Source of the DNA: an uncultured Eubacteriales bacterium
Lineage (GTDB): Bacteria > Bacillota > Clostridia > Peptostreptococcales > Anaerovoracaceae
Assembly: GCA_902790905.1 (NCBI GenBank)
Contig: CADATO010000007.1
Location: forward strand, 3,734 to 67,733
Direction: 5' to 3'
Length of the DNA: 64,000 nt
In this document: positions 32,167-40,990 of the stretch, piece by piece
Layout: every line of letters starts with the position of its first letter
Position numbering within the stretch: the stretch's first letter is position 1
Program-made: the position numbers and the translations under genes
The notes under the pieces: generated by a model
Database searches by the model: none
Told to the model about the DNA's origin: nothing
The model's input: the letters and a program-made list of their open reading frames with translations, nothing else

Positions 32167-33240
32167 ATGAGTCAGGGAAAAGAAATGCAGAATACGGGTG
32201 CCGCGGGGAGTTTTCGTCAGGAAAACTTCCGGCGGCGCAGTCGCTATATAACGGTATTCGCAGTACTGGCAATCGCCTTCTGCGTGATTATCGTGATCAA
32301 CATCAATTCGGGGAATGTCAACATCCCCATTTCGCGGATCCTGGATATACTGTTCACCAGAGACGGAGATCCGAAAGAAGTCGATATCATCTGGACGATC
32401 CGGCTGCCCCGGATCCTGATGGCGGCCATGCTGGGCGGCGCTCTTAGCCTGTCCGGCTTTTTGCTGCAGACATTCTTTGAGAACCCGATCGCGGGTCCGT
32501 TCGTCCTCGGTATTTCGTCGGGCGCAAAGATGGTCGTCGCCTTCACGATGATCTACAGCATGAGCCTCGGCTACACGATGTCGTCCTACACGATGATCGG
32601 GGCAGCCTTCATCGGCTCGCTGATGTCCATCGGCTTCATATTGCTGGTGGCGCGGCGGATCAAGAATATGGCGGCACTGCTCGTCGCCGGCATCATGATC
32701 GGCTATATCTGTTCAGCTGTCACGGACTTCATCGTCACATTCGCGAGCGACAGCGACATCGTCAACCTGCACGGCTGGTCTCTTGGCAGCTTCTCCGGCA
32801 TGAGCTGGAGCAACGTGCATATCACGGTCGTCGTGGTCGGCATGACGCTGGTGCTGACGTTCCTGTGCTCCAAGCCCATCGGCGCGTACCAGCTGGGCGA
32901 AGCGTATGCGCAGAGCATCGGCGTCAACATTAAGTTCTTTAGAATCGCTCTGATCCTGCTTTCGAGCATCTTCTCGGCCACGGTCACAGCGTTCGCGGGC
33001 CCGATCTCCTTTGTCGGCATCGCGGTACCGTTCCTGATCAAAGGGGCGCTTGGCACCTCCAAGCCCATCGTCGTCATCCCGGCGACCTTTGTGGGCGGCG
33101 GCGTGTTCTGTATGTTCTGCGACCTGATTGCAAGACTGGCCTTTGCACCGCTGGAACTCAACATCAGCACCGTCACGTCGATCTTCGGCGCGCCGGTTGT
33201 GATTTACATGATGATCAACAGACGGAGGGGCATGAAATGA
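32167..33240 (+). CDS. ABC-transporter permease, FecCD/BtuC family
   Basis: 357 aa with about 9-10 TM segments. Family-typical IWTIRLPRILMAAMLGGALSLSG and GAPVVIYMM near the C-terminus. Confidence 0.88.
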   Translation: MSQGKEMQNTGAAGSFRQENFRRRSRYITVFAVLAIAFCVIIVININSGNVNIPISRILDILFTRDGDPKEVDIIWTIRLPRILMAAMLGGALSLSGFLLQTFFENPIAGPFVLGISSGAKMVVAFTMIYSMSLGYTMSSYTMIGAAFIGSLMSIGFILLVARRIKNMAALLVAGIMIGYICSAVTDFIVTFASDSDIVNLHGWSLGSFSGMSWSNVHITVVVVGMTLVLTFLCSKPIGAYQLGEAYAQSIGVNIKFFRIALILLSSIFSATVTAFAGPISFVGIAVPFLIKGALGTSKPIVVIPATFVGGGVFCMFCDLIARLAFAPLELNISTVTSIFGAPVVIYMMINRRRGMK

Positions 33241-34337
33241 GTGAGAAATATTTCGAGCTTTCCAACCTCTCTGTTGGATATAACAAGAAAACACTTATCC
33301 ACGACATCTGTCTGGATATCAAGAAGGGCGAGATCGTCACCCTGATCGGGCCGAACGGCGCCGGCAAGTCGACGATCTTAAAGAGTATCACGAGACAGCT
33401 CGAGATCATCGGCGGCAAGGTCCTGTTCGACAGCAAGGAGATCCGGTCGATTTCGTACAAGGATCTGTCCACCCGCATGGCGGTCGTGCTGACGGATCGC
33501 CTCAAGACAGAGCTGCTGACCTGCCACGACATCGTCGCCACAGGCCGCTATCCGTACACTGGGCGGCTGGGCATCCTCTCGCACGAGGATGAGGAAAAGG
33601 TCGATAATGCGCTGCGGGCGGTCAATGCGCTCGATCTGGGCAACCGCGACTTCAATGCGATTTCGGACGGGCAGAAACAGCGCGTCCTGCTGGCAAGAGC
33701 CATCTGTCAGGAACCGGAGATCATCATCCTCGATGAGCCGACCTCCTTCCTGGACATCCGCTACAAGCTGGAACTGCTGAGCATCCTCGGGCGCATGGCC
33801 AAGCAGAACTGCATCACCATCATCATGACGCTGCACGAGATCGATCTGGCGCAGAAGATTTCCGACAAGATCGTCTGCGTTTCCGGCGACCACGTCACAA
33901 GATACGGCTCGCCGCAGGAGGTCTTCCGGGAAGACATCATCCGGGATCTGTACAACATCGACAACGGTTTCTTCGACCCGATGTTCGGTTCGATCGAACT
34001 GATGAAACCGTCCGGGGAAACACCGGAAGTCTTCGTTATCAGCGCGGGCGGGACAGGCATTCCCGTGTTCCGCGAACTGCAGAAGACCAACACAGCATTT
34101 GCGGCAGGGATTCTCTACGAGAACGATATGGACTACCAGCTCGCCAGACTGCTGGCCTGCGAGGTGGTCACGGAAAAACCTTTCGAGGCGATCAGCGATG
34201 CCGCCTTCGACAGAGCGAAAGCACTGATCGACAGCTGCAGCCGTGTCATCAACGCGGGCCTTCACATCGGCACGCAGAACAGCCGCATGCAGGCGCTGCT
34301 GGACTACGCGAAGGAGACAGGCAAACTGGAGATGTAG
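33237..34337 (+). CDS. ABC-transporter ATP-binding protein (BtuD/FecE-like) with an extra ~110-aa C-terminal domain
   Basis: Walker A GPNGAGKST, signature SDGQKQR and Walker B IIILDEPTSFLD. An unassigned extension follows from about aa 258. ATGA overlap with the permease gene. Confidence 0.88.
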   Translation: MSEKYFELSNLSVGYNKKTLIHDICLDIKKGEIVTLIGPNGAGKSTILKSITRQLEIIGGKVLFDSKEIRSISYKDLSTRMAVVLTDRLKTELLTCHDIVATGRYPYTGRLGILSHEDEEKVDNALRAVNALDLGNRDFNAISDGQKQRVLLARAICQEPEIIILDEPTSFLDIRYKLELLSILGRMAKQNCITIIMTLHEIDLAQKISDKIVCVSGDHVTRYGSPQEVFREDIIRDLYNIDNGFFDPMFGSIELMKPSGETPEVFVISAGGTGIPVFRELQKTNTAFAAGILYENDMDYQLARLLACEVVTEKPFEAISDAAFDRAKALIDSCSRVINAGLHIGTQNSRMQALLDYAKETGKLEM

Positions 34338-34346
34338 GAGGGACCT

Positions 34347-35156
34347 ATGGCACAAGACAAAGCGATCCTGGTCGTCAGTTTCGGCACCAGCTACAAAGAG
34401 ACAAGAGAAAAAACCATCGGCGCCATCGAAAAAGCGATCGGCGCCGCCTATCCGGACTGGGAGGTGCGCCGCGCCTTCACGTCCGGTTTTATTATGAAAA
34501 AGATCCTGCGCGAGGAGGGGCTTAAGATCAGCAACGTCGAGGAATCGCTCCGCCAGATGGCCGAAGACGGCATTAAAGACGTGATTGTCCAGCCGACCCA
34601 TATGATGAACGGCGGCGAATACGACAAACTCATTGGACAGTGCCAGGCCGTGCAGGACCAGTTTGAAGGATTCCGTGTCGGCGCACCGCTGCTGACCGAC
34701 GCAGGGGACTTTGAACAACTTGCGGAAGCGATTACAAAAGCGACGGAAGCCTGCGATGACGGGCAGACGGCGATCTGTTTCATGGGGCACGGCACGAATG
34801 CGGAGTCCAATGCGGTCTATACGGAACTGCAGAACACCCTGCAACGAGCCGGGCACGACCACCATTACATCGGCACCGTAGAGGCCACGCCTTCGCTGGA
34901 GGATCTTCTGGCGGCTGTGAAAGCAGAGCCGATATACAAAAGGGTCGTCCTGCAGCCGCTGATGGTCGTCGCCGGCGATCATGCGATCAACGACATGGCG
35001 GGCGATGAAGAGGACAGCTGGAAGAGCTCTTTTGCGGCAGCCGGATATGATGTACACTGTATTCTGGAGGGTCTGGGGGAGAACCCGGACGTGCAGCAGA
35101 TGTATGTGCGGCATGTGGCCGATGCGATGAGACGGTTGGAAGAGGAATCGAAATGA
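34347..35156 (+). CDS. cbiK: Sirohydrochlorin cobaltochelatase (anaerobic pathway)
   Basis: 269 aa. KAILVVSFGTSY N-terminus, FMGHGT motif, no signal peptide. Confidence 0.85.
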   Translation: MAQDKAILVVSFGTSYKETREKTIGAIEKAIGAAYPDWEVRRAFTSGFIMKKILREEGLKISNVEESLRQMAEDGIKDVIVQPTHMMNGGEYDKLIGQCQAVQDQFEGFRVGAPLLTDAGDFEQLAEAITKATEACDDGQTAICFMGHGTNAESNAVYTELQNTLQRAGHDHHYIGTVEATPSLEDLLAAVKAEPIYKRVVLQPLMVVAGDHAINDMAGDEEDSWKSSFAAAGYDVHCILEGLGENPDVQQMYVRHVADAMRRLEEESK

Positions 35157-36334
35157 CAGAGCGCAGAACGACATCACGGAATGGATATCGGAACAGACGG
35201 ACGGTGTGGGCGGTCCTGCTCATGGTGCTGCTGTGCACCGCACTGCTCGCAGGGTGCGGGCAGAAGAACGCGGAGGCCGATGGCGGCGCACCGGAGATCG
35301 AAGGGCTGACATTTGACCACGAGATGGAACTCGCGTATGCGGACCAGTTTCATGTATACTATTATAATGACGATTATGAGGTCATCACCGTCGAGGGCGG
35401 CGAGGACTACATGCTGATTCCGGAAGGCGGGGAGATCCCGGCCGGGACGCCGGAAGAGATGGTTGTCATCGAAAAGCCGGTGGACAATATCTATCTGGCG
35501 GCATCCTCTGCGATGGCGCTGTTCAAGTCGATGGATGCGCTGGATACCATTGCCTTCTCCGGCACAAAGGCGGATGACTGGTATATCGAAGAGGCGGCGG
35601 AGGCCATGAACAGCGGCAAGATCGCCTTTGCCGGCAAGTACAGCTCTCCGGACTACGAGATGCTGCTCGATGAAGGGTGCGATCTGGCCATCGAGTCGAC
35701 CATGATCACCCACGCGCCGGAAGTCAAAGAAAAAATCGAAGAACTCGGTATCCCGGTCTTCGTGGATCACTCCAGCTACGAGAGCCACCCGCTCGGCAGG
35801 GTCGAGTGGATCCGGCTTTACGGTGTCCTGACCGACCACGAAGAGCAGGCGGATGCGTTCTTCAATGAGCAGGCGAAGATCATCGAAGAGATGGCGGACA
35901 TCGAAGACACCGGCAAGACAGTGGCGTTCTTCTTTGTGAACTCCAACGGGCAGGTCGTGGTGCGTGCTGGCGATGACTACATCCCGCACATGATCGACAT
36001 CGCGGGCGGTGAATACATCTTCCCGGATCTGGTCAACGAGGACAGCGAGATGGCTTCAATGAAGATTTCCATGGAGGAATTCTACGCCGGCGCGGTGGAT
36101 GCGGATTATCTTATCTACAACGCTTCGATCGAGAGCCCGCTCACGAGCCTCGACCAGCTCTACGACAAGTCGGATGCCTTCAGGGAATTCAAGGCCGTCA
36201 AGGAAGGCCACGTCTACACAACGGATAAATACCTGTATCAGGCGACGGACATCACCGGCGAACTCATCCGCGACATCCACACGATGCTGACGGAGGACGG
36301 CGGCGAGATGACGTTCCTGACCAAGGTCGAATAG
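35153..36334 (+). CDS. ABC-transporter substrate-binding lipoprotein, Peripla_BP_2 (BtuF/FecB) type, copy 2 (paralog of 30946-32154)
   Basis: Lipobox LLAGC, then APEIEGLTFDHEMELAYADQF.., collinear with copy 1 throughout. ATGA overlap with cbiK. Confidence 0.85.
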   Translation: MTERRTTSRNGYRNRRTVWAVLLMVLLCTALLAGCGQKNAEADGGAPEIEGLTFDHEMELAYADQFHVYYYNDDYEVITVEGGEDYMLIPEGGEIPAGTPEEMVVIEKPVDNIYLAASSAMALFKSMDALDTIAFSGTKADDWYIEEAAEAMNSGKIAFAGKYSSPDYEMLLDEGCDLAIESTMITHAPEVKEKIEELGIPVFVDHSSYESHPLGRVEWIRLYGVLTDHEEQADAFFNEQAKIIEEMADIEDTGKTVAFFFVNSNGQVVVRAGDDYIPHMIDIAGGEYIFPDLVNEDSEMASMKISMEEFYAGAVDADYLIYNASIESPLTSLDQLYDKSDAFREFKAVKEGHVYTTDKYLYQATDITGELIRDIHTMLTEDGGEMTFLTKVE

Positions 36335-36366
36335 GAATCGCTTCTCAGGATTATGAGGACGAAGCA

Positions 36367-37581
36367 ATGAGTCAGTTTAAACACTACGTCCGCAGCGGCA
36401 ACAAGAACCTGCGGATGGGCTATACAACAGGGACCTGCGCGTCACTGGCGGCGGGCGCGGCGGCGCGGTATGCGCTGACCGGCGAAGTGCCGGCCGAGAT
36501 CTCGGTGATGACGGTCAAGGGGATCCCGGTCACGCTCGAGCCGCACGCAAGCAGGCATGGGCTGATTGTCCCTGCAGCCGAAGGGGCGGCCGGCAGCGGG
36601 GAGAGTCTTTTCACATCGGACGGCGATGAGAAGACATTCTCCGTGTCCGTGATCAAGGATGCCGGCGACGACGCGGATGCGACGAACGGGATCGAAGTCT
36701 GGGCGTCTGTCACGCTGACAGAGGTGCCCGGCATCGAGATCGACGGCGGCTTCGGTGTCGGCCGAGTCACGAAGCCGGGGCTTGACCAGCCGGTCGGCAA
36801 TGCGGCGATCAACAGCACGCCGCGGCGCATGATCCGGCAGATGGTGGAAGAAGCCATCGAAGAATATGGATATGAAGGCGGCGCGAAGGTCATCATCTCG
36901 ATCCCCGAGGGCATCGAGACGGCGAAGAAGACCTTCAACCCGATGCTCGGCATCGAGGGCGGCATCTCCGTCATCGGCACGAGCGGCATCGTGGAGCCGA
37001 TGAGCGAGCAGGCGCTGGTGGACACCATCGAGGTGACACTGCGGCAGGCGCTCAGCGATTCCAGGGACGTCATCCTGACACCGGGCAACTACGGGGAGCG
37101 ATTCCTCATGAAGGAACAGTTTGACCGCTACGGCATCCCCGTCGTCAAATGCTCCAACTTCCTCGGCGAAGCGCTCGACTGCGCGGCTGTAGAGGGAGCG
37201 GAGACAGTCCTGCTGGTCGGCCACATCGGCAAGCTCAGCAAGGTGGCGGCAGGCGTGATGAACACGCACTCCAGGTATGCGGATGCAAGGCGGGAAGTCT
37301 TCACGGCACATGCGGTGCTGGCGGGGGCGGACAGAGACCTCTGCGCGGCGCTGATGGAGGCATCGACAACCGATGCCTGCCTTGATCTTCTGGAACAGGC
37401 GGGCCTCAAGGAAGCGGTCATGGAGCGGATTTTGAAGGAAATCCAGGCGCATCTGGAACACCGGGTGCGGGAGGCATACCGCATCGGCGCGGTCGTGTTC
37501 TCCAACGAGCACGGACTGCTCGGTATGACGGATACGGCGCGCACCATCATCGAGGAGTGGGACAGCAAATTCACTGACTGA
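36367..37581 (+). CDS. cbiD: Cobalt-precorrin-5B (C1)-methyltransferase
   Basis: 404 aa with the LRMGYTTGTCASLAA motif typical of CbiD. Confidence 0.88.
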   Translation: MSQFKHYVRSGNKNLRMGYTTGTCASLAAGAAARYALTGEVPAEISVMTVKGIPVTLEPHASRHGLIVPAAEGAAGSGESLFTSDGDEKTFSVSVIKDAGDDADATNGIEVWASVTLTEVPGIEIDGGFGVGRVTKPGLDQPVGNAAINSTPRRMIRQMVEEAIEEYGYEGGAKVIISIPEGIETAKKTFNPMLGIEGGISVIGTSGIVEPMSEQALVDTIEVTLRQALSDSRDVILTPGNYGERFLMKEQFDRYGIPVVKCSNFLGEALDCAAVEGAETVLLVGHIGKLSKVAAGVMNTHSRYADARREVFTAHAVLAGADRDLCAALMEASTTDACLDLLEQAGLKEAVMERILKEIQAHLEHRVREAYRIGAVVFSNEHGLLGMTDTARTIIEEWDSKFTD

Positions 37582-37647
37582 ACGGCGGCAGCACATGGCT
37601 GCCTGAACAGATAGAAGAGTACAACTAGTTAAAACGGAGGAAATCAA

Positions 37648-38403
37648 ATGATTCATTTTGTAGGAGCGGGCCCCGGGGGGGTTGATCTGATCACAGTACG
37701 CGGACAGAGACTGCTGCAGGAAGCGGACTGCATCATCTTTGCGGGCAGCCTCGTCAACCCGGCACTGCTCGATATGGCCAAAGAAGGGTGCATCATCCAC
37801 GACAGCGCGAAGATGACGCTGGAAGAAGTCATCGACGTCATGGTGGAGATGGAATCGCAGAACAAGACGACTGTCCGTCTGCACACCGGCGACCCGTGCC
37901 TGTACGGCGCGATTCGCGAGCAGATGGATGTTCTGGACGAGAAGGGCATCGCCTATGACGATACCCCGGGCGTCTCGAGTTTCTGCGGCGCGGCGGCTGC
38001 CATCAACGCGGAGTACACACTCCCCGATGTCAGCCAGAGCGTCATCATCACCCGCATGGCGGGCAGAACGCCGGTCCCGGAAAAAGAGAACATGAAGAGC
38101 CTTGCGGCGCATCAGGCGACGATGGTCATCTTCCTGTCCTCCTCGCTGCTCGACGATGTCCAGAAGGAACTGCTGGAAGGCGGCTATCCGGAAGACACCC
38201 CGGCGGCAATCGTCTACAAGGCGACCTGGCCGGATGAAAAGAGCGTCCGCTGCACCGTCGGCACGCTGGCGGAGACGGCCAGAAAGGAAAACATCACGCG
38301 CACCGCACTGATCATGGTGGGCGGATTCCTCGGCACGAAGTACGACCGCAGCAAACTGTATGATCCGTCCTTTACCACGGGGTACAGGGAGGCAACCAAA
38401 TGA
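37648..38403 (+). CDS. cbiF: Cobalt-precorrin-4 C11-methyltransferase
   Basis: 251 aa with a tetrapyrrole methylase fold (IHFVGAGPGGVDLITVRG). Confidence 0.88.
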   Translation: MIHFVGAGPGGVDLITVRGQRLLQEADCIIFAGSLVNPALLDMAKEGCIIHDSAKMTLEEVIDVMVEMESQNKTTVRLHTGDPCLYGAIREQMDVLDEKGIAYDDTPGVSSFCGAAAAINAEYTLPDVSQSVIITRMAGRTPVPEKENMKSLAAHQATMVIFLSSSLLDDVQKELLEGGYPEDTPAAIVYKATWPDEKSVRCTVGTLAETARKENITRTALIMVGGFLGTKYDRSKLYDPSFTTGYREATK

Positions 38404-39497
38404 GACTGGCACTCATCGCCTTCTCCGATACGGGGGAGGCGCTTGCCAACAGAATAGCGGAAGGGCTGTCCGGAATGCAGCGCGAAGAAGGTGGCGCAGC
38501 AGAGATGATCTGCGAAGTGAGCCGCTGCCCGCGCGACACGAAACTGGCGGTCTGGACGAAGACGCACTTTGATGCGGCGGACGGGCTGGTCTTTGTCGGG
38601 GCTGCGGGCATCGCGGTCCGGGCGATCGCGCCGTATGTGAAGTCCAAGGCGACAGACCCGGCGGTCGTGGTCGTGGACGAGCTGGGGCAGTATGCCATCT
38701 CGCTGCTGTCCGGGCATCTTGGCGGCGGCAACGAACTGACACTCCGCATCGCGGAGGCATCCGGCGCCGCGCCTGTCATCACGACGGCCACCGATATCCA
38801 CGGGCAGTTCGCGGTGGACGACTGGGCTAGAACGCAGGGCCTGCGCGTCCATAACAAAGCGATGATCAAGGAGGTCTCTTCCGAGGTCCTGCGCGGGGAA
38901 ACCATCCCGTTCATTTCGGCGCACACGGTGCTGGGCAATGCGCCGGCAGGGATCGCAGAAGGAAAGACCGATCCGCGGCCGGAGGGGACAGATACGCCCG
39001 CCATCACACTGGCGGTCCAGAAGAGCGGCGCCGCGGCAAGACCGCACACGCTGGTCCTGGTCCCGCAGGCGGTCTGCATCGGTATCGGATGCCGCAAGGG
39101 CATCGCGCAGGAAGCCATCGAAGAGGCCTGGCAGGCATTCCTCGAGGAGAACGCGATCTTTGAAGAGGCTGTCTGCACCGCTGCGACGATCGATCTGAAA
39201 AAGAATGAAGCGGGGCTGCTTGCGTTCTGCAAGGTGCACGACTGGCCGCTGCGCATTTACTCGGCGGACCAGCTGATCGAAGCACCGGCCGTACCGGGCG
39301 GCTATACGCCCTCCGCCTTCGTGGAACAGACCACCGGCGTTGCGAATGTCTGCGAACGCTGTGCGGTGTACGCGGCGGAAGAGATGGGTGTGCAGGAGGA
39401 AGCGCTGGGACATCCCAGACTGCTTGTCCGCAAAACCGCGCATAACGGTGTGACGCTTGCGGCGGCTGTGCGGCCGCTGGCGCTGTACTGGAAATAG
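38400..39497 (+). CDS. cbiG: Cobalt-precorrin-5A hydrolase
   Basis: 365 aa at the CbiG position, with family-like N- and C-domains (GIGCRKG.. segment). ATGA overlap with cbiF. Confidence 0.8.
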   Translation: MRLALIAFSDTGEALANRIAEGLSGMQREEGGAAEMICEVSRCPRDTKLAVWTKTHFDAADGLVFVGAAGIAVRAIAPYVKSKATDPAVVVVDELGQYAISLLSGHLGGGNELTLRIAEASGAAPVITTATDIHGQFAVDDWARTQGLRVHNKAMIKEVSSEVLRGETIPFISAHTVLGNAPAGIAEGKTDPRPEGTDTPAITLAVQKSGAAARPHTLVLVPQAVCIGIGCRKGIAQEAIEEAWQAFLEENAIFEEAVCTAATIDLKKNEAGLLAFCKVHDWPLRIYSADQLIEAPAVPGGYTPSAFVEQTTGVANVCERCAVYAAEEMGVQEEALGHPRLLVRKTAHNGVTLAAAVRPLALYWK

Positions 39498-39512
39498 AAA
39501 AAGGAGATATCA

Positions 39513-40250
39513 ATGGGAGCAAAGAAAGTATACGCCGTCGGCATCGGGCCGGGCGGTGAAGCCTATATGACAGCACAGGCGCGCGCCGCCATGGAAGCGG
39601 CGGACGTCATCTGCGGCTACACGGTCTACGTGGATCTGGTCAAGCCGCTCTATCCGGACAAGGAAACCTACACGACGACCATGATGAAAGAGATCGACCG
39701 CTGCCGCTGGGCGATGGAGCAGGCGGACGCGGGCAGAACGGTCGCCATGGTCTGCAGCGGGGACGCGGGCGTCTACGGCATGGCAGGCCTTCTGATCCAG
39801 ATGACCGAGCAGTTCCCGGAAGTCGAGGTCGAAGTGGTCCCCGGCATCACGGCGGCACTGTCCGGTGCGGCGATCCTGGGCGCTCCTGTCGGGCATGACT
39901 TCTGTGTCATTTCCCTGTCCGACCTTCTGACACCGTGGGAGGTGATCGAGGAGAGACTGGATGCGGCCGGCAGAGGCGACTTCAACGTTGTCCTGTACAA
40001 CCCGCGCTCCAAAAAGAGGGTGCACCTTCTTGACAGAGCCTGCGAGATCATCGGCAAATACCGCAGCCCGGAGACGGTCTGCGGCTGGGCGAAGAACATC
40101 GGCCGCGAAGGCGAAGAGAAGAAGATCGTGACCCTGGCGCAGCTGCCGGCTGAGCCGATCGATATGTTCACAACGGTCTTCATCGGCTCGTCCAACACCA
40201 AAGTCTACGGTGACCAGATGGTGACGCCGAGGGGGTACGAGAAGAAGTGA
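39513..40250 (+). CDS. cbiH: Cobalt-factor III / precorrin-3B C17-methyltransferase
   Basis: 245 aa with a tetrapyrrole methylase fold (VYAVGIGPGGEAYMT). Confidence 0.85.
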   Translation: MGAKKVYAVGIGPGGEAYMTAQARAAMEAADVICGYTVYVDLVKPLYPDKETYTTTMMKEIDRCRWAMEQADAGRTVAMVCSGDAGVYGMAGLLIQMTEQFPEVEVEVVPGITAALSGAAILGAPVGHDFCVISLSDLLTPWEVIEERLDAAGRGDFNVVLYNPRSKKRVHLLDRACEIIGKYRSPETVCGWAKNIGREGEEKKIVTLAQLPAEPIDMFTTVFIGSSNTKVYGDQMVTPRGYEKK

Positions 40251-40990
40251 GAATCGCATTATTCAGCGGTACAACGGAAGGCCGCGAACTGTCCCTTTCC
40301 CTCGCTGCGGCGGGGCATGCCGTGACCGTCTTTGTGGCGACGGAATACGGGACAGAAGAGCAGGGCGAACACGCCGGCATCGAAGTCAGAGAAGGGCGGA
40401 TCGACCGGGAGGAAATGAACGGCATCCTGCCTGCCTTTGCGTGCTGCATCGACGCCACCCATCCGTATGCCCGCGTAGTGACGGACAATCTGCGCGCCGC
40501 TGCGGAGGAAGCAGGCGTCCCGTACTACCGCCTCAAACGGGCGGAGAGTCATCTGGAAGAGGACGATCCGGTCATCACGGTGGCGACGACGGAAGAAGCG
40601 GCTGCGGTGATCGCCGGGATCGACGGCAACATCCTGCTCAGCACGGGTGCAAAGGAAGTCGGCAAGTACGCACCGGCCGGTCCGGAGCGTCTGTATCCGC
40701 GGGTCCTCCCTTCCGTGCAGAGCATCGAAGCCTGCGAGGCAGCCGGTGTTCCGCACCGCAACATCATCGCGATGCAGGGTCCTTTCACACAGGAGATGAA
40801 CGAAGCGACGATCCGCCAGTACAACATCTGTGCGCTTGTCACTAAGGACGGCGGCAAGGCGGGCGGATTTCGTGATAAGATAGAAGCTGCCAGGAATACG
40901 GGGATCCGCGTGGTCCTGATCGGCCGCCCCGAAGAAGAGGGGCTGAATGCGGCGCAGATCCTGGCGGCGCTTGAAGGAGAAGAGAAATGA
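40247..40990 (+). CDS. cbiJ: Cobalt-precorrin-6A reductase (GTG start overlapping the cbiH stop)
   Basis: 247 aa. MRIALFSGTTEGRELS.. with CobK/CbiJ-like organisation. Confidence 0.8.
   Translation: MRIALFSGTTEGRELSLSLAAAGHAVTVFVATEYGTEEQGEHAGIEVREGRIDREEMNGILPAFACCIDATHPYARVVTDNLRAAAEEAGVPYYRLKRAESHLEEDDPVITVATTEEAAAVIAGIDGNILLSTGAKEVGKYAPAGPERLYPRVLPSVQSIEACEAAGVPHRNIIAMQGPFTQEMNEATIRQYNICALVTKDGGKAGGFRDKIEAARNTGIRVVLIGRPEEEGLNAAQILAALEGEEK

Noticed and set aside
30946-34337. Reading the FecCD-type transporter and the NEAT-like modules as a heme or iron-siderophore uptake system.
   Set aside because: The family alone cannot distinguish these substrates. However, two cobalamin riboswitches, co-transcription with eleven cbi/cob genes and the DUF4430-like segment all favour corrinoids. 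Heme remains the alternative to exclude experimentally.
37675-37681. A G7 homopolymer in the first codons of cbiF, considered as a possible phase-variation tract.
   Set aside because: It encodes the conserved GAGPGG methylase motif (ggc ccc ggg ggg gtt). The tract is short, and nothing suggests slippage-dependent frames downstream.
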